Source: Atractiella rhizophila
Lineage: Eukaryota
Assembly (NCBI GenBank): GCA_021432655.1
Contig: MU271227.1
Span: 1-64,000 of the forward strand
DNA length: 64,000 nucleotides
Reading direction: 5' to 3'
The notes below the pieces were generated by a model. It saw only the letters and a list, made by a program, of their open reading frames with translations, was not told where the DNA came from and made no database searches. Position numbers and translations under genes: made by a program. The number at the start of each line of letters is the position of its first letter. Within the stretch, counting starts at the first letter, position 1. Below are positions 63,265 to 64,000 of the stretch, piece by piece.

Positions 63265-63658
63265 TTTGTTGGATCGTTCTAGTAGATACAAAGGAGATGT
63301 GCAAGTGGAACAGTTATCGCAGGCTGGATCAAGCCAAATTCCAGATTCCTTTTTCCACTTAATTTGAAATGAAGAACAAGAGAAAGAAATGTGTATTGTG
63401 GAGAGTCAGTCAGCCGCGGCTTCCGGGCCTCATTACAAGCCATACTTATTGCAGGCAGCAAGTGTGTATAAGTCGCTTTCTCTGCCCCTACAGGCTATCA
63501 AAGTACGGCTTGTAGTTGATCACATTAAAAAAAACACAGGAGAGAGTGTGTTTTTGTGACAGAACTAAAACCCGAATTTTCGACCGGGGACAGTCTGACT
63601 CGCTTTCCGATACTTCTCCCTCAAAAGGGCCGCTCAAAAAACGAGCAAGACTTTCACG

Positions 63659-64000
63659 ATGATAGATCCCAGCGCCATGTCTTCCGCCTCTCCTCCTCCC
63701 TACTCCAACTCCCTTCCACTCCCAGCTCCAGCCGCACCGTCGCCTGCCATCCACTACGATGTCCCCAGACCTCCCTCGGCATTCCAGCTGGCACTTCCCC
63801 AGACGAGGGACGAGATACAGGAAGCGGAAGCTGCACCGTTCGAACCTTCTCAGGCCGCCATAAACAGGTTTTTGTTATATCTCTAGAGATTCCAATCTCA
63901 TCAAGACCAACATCATCCTCGATCCGTCTGTCAAGCCGCCGGCTAATATCAGTGCGTTTTTCCTTATTCTAATACCCAAAGCGTTGACTTTGTCTGGGAT
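63659..64000 (+). CDS. 5' part of a hypothetical protein running off the window (Pro-rich, PPPY motif)
   Basis: MIDPSAMSSASPPPYSNSLP... followed by a probable GT donor near 63869. Divergent from NXT1. Confidence 0.5.

Overview
This is intron-rich eukaryotic DNA from a fungus. The 45-60 nt GT-AG introns with CTRAC/CTAAY branch sites and the protein families point to a basidiomycete (inference). I reconstructed about 20 spliced genes by eye. Recognisable products: a secreted Cys/Tyr + Thr-rich protein, a DENN-domain protein, a tubulin-tyrosine-ligase-family protein, AP-3 sigma, QCR6, MsrA, a two-finger GATA factor, an S28 serine peptidase, an importin-13/transportin-SR-like karyopherin, FUN14, Tdp1, a Zn2Cys6 factor, an M1 aminopeptidase and a 3xKH RNA-binding protein. 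Two genes are essentially invisible in the ORF track: an 8-exon gene for a disordered SNRSS-repeat protein ending in a CCCAIM CaaX box (4513-5337), and NXT1/p15 (61646-63264). Other notable structure includes a rearranged, decayed multi-copy block (7.4-11.1 kb) and several young tandem duplications (10, 52, 130 and 768 bp). The 52-bp duplication in TDP1 has the exact geometry of intron gain by AG|GT duplication. There are also five outlier long introns (555-979 nt) and several 1-nt frameshifts in short homopolymers that look like consensus errors. I found no tRNA, rRNA, CRISPR array or intact transposon. All exon boundaries are manual predictions.
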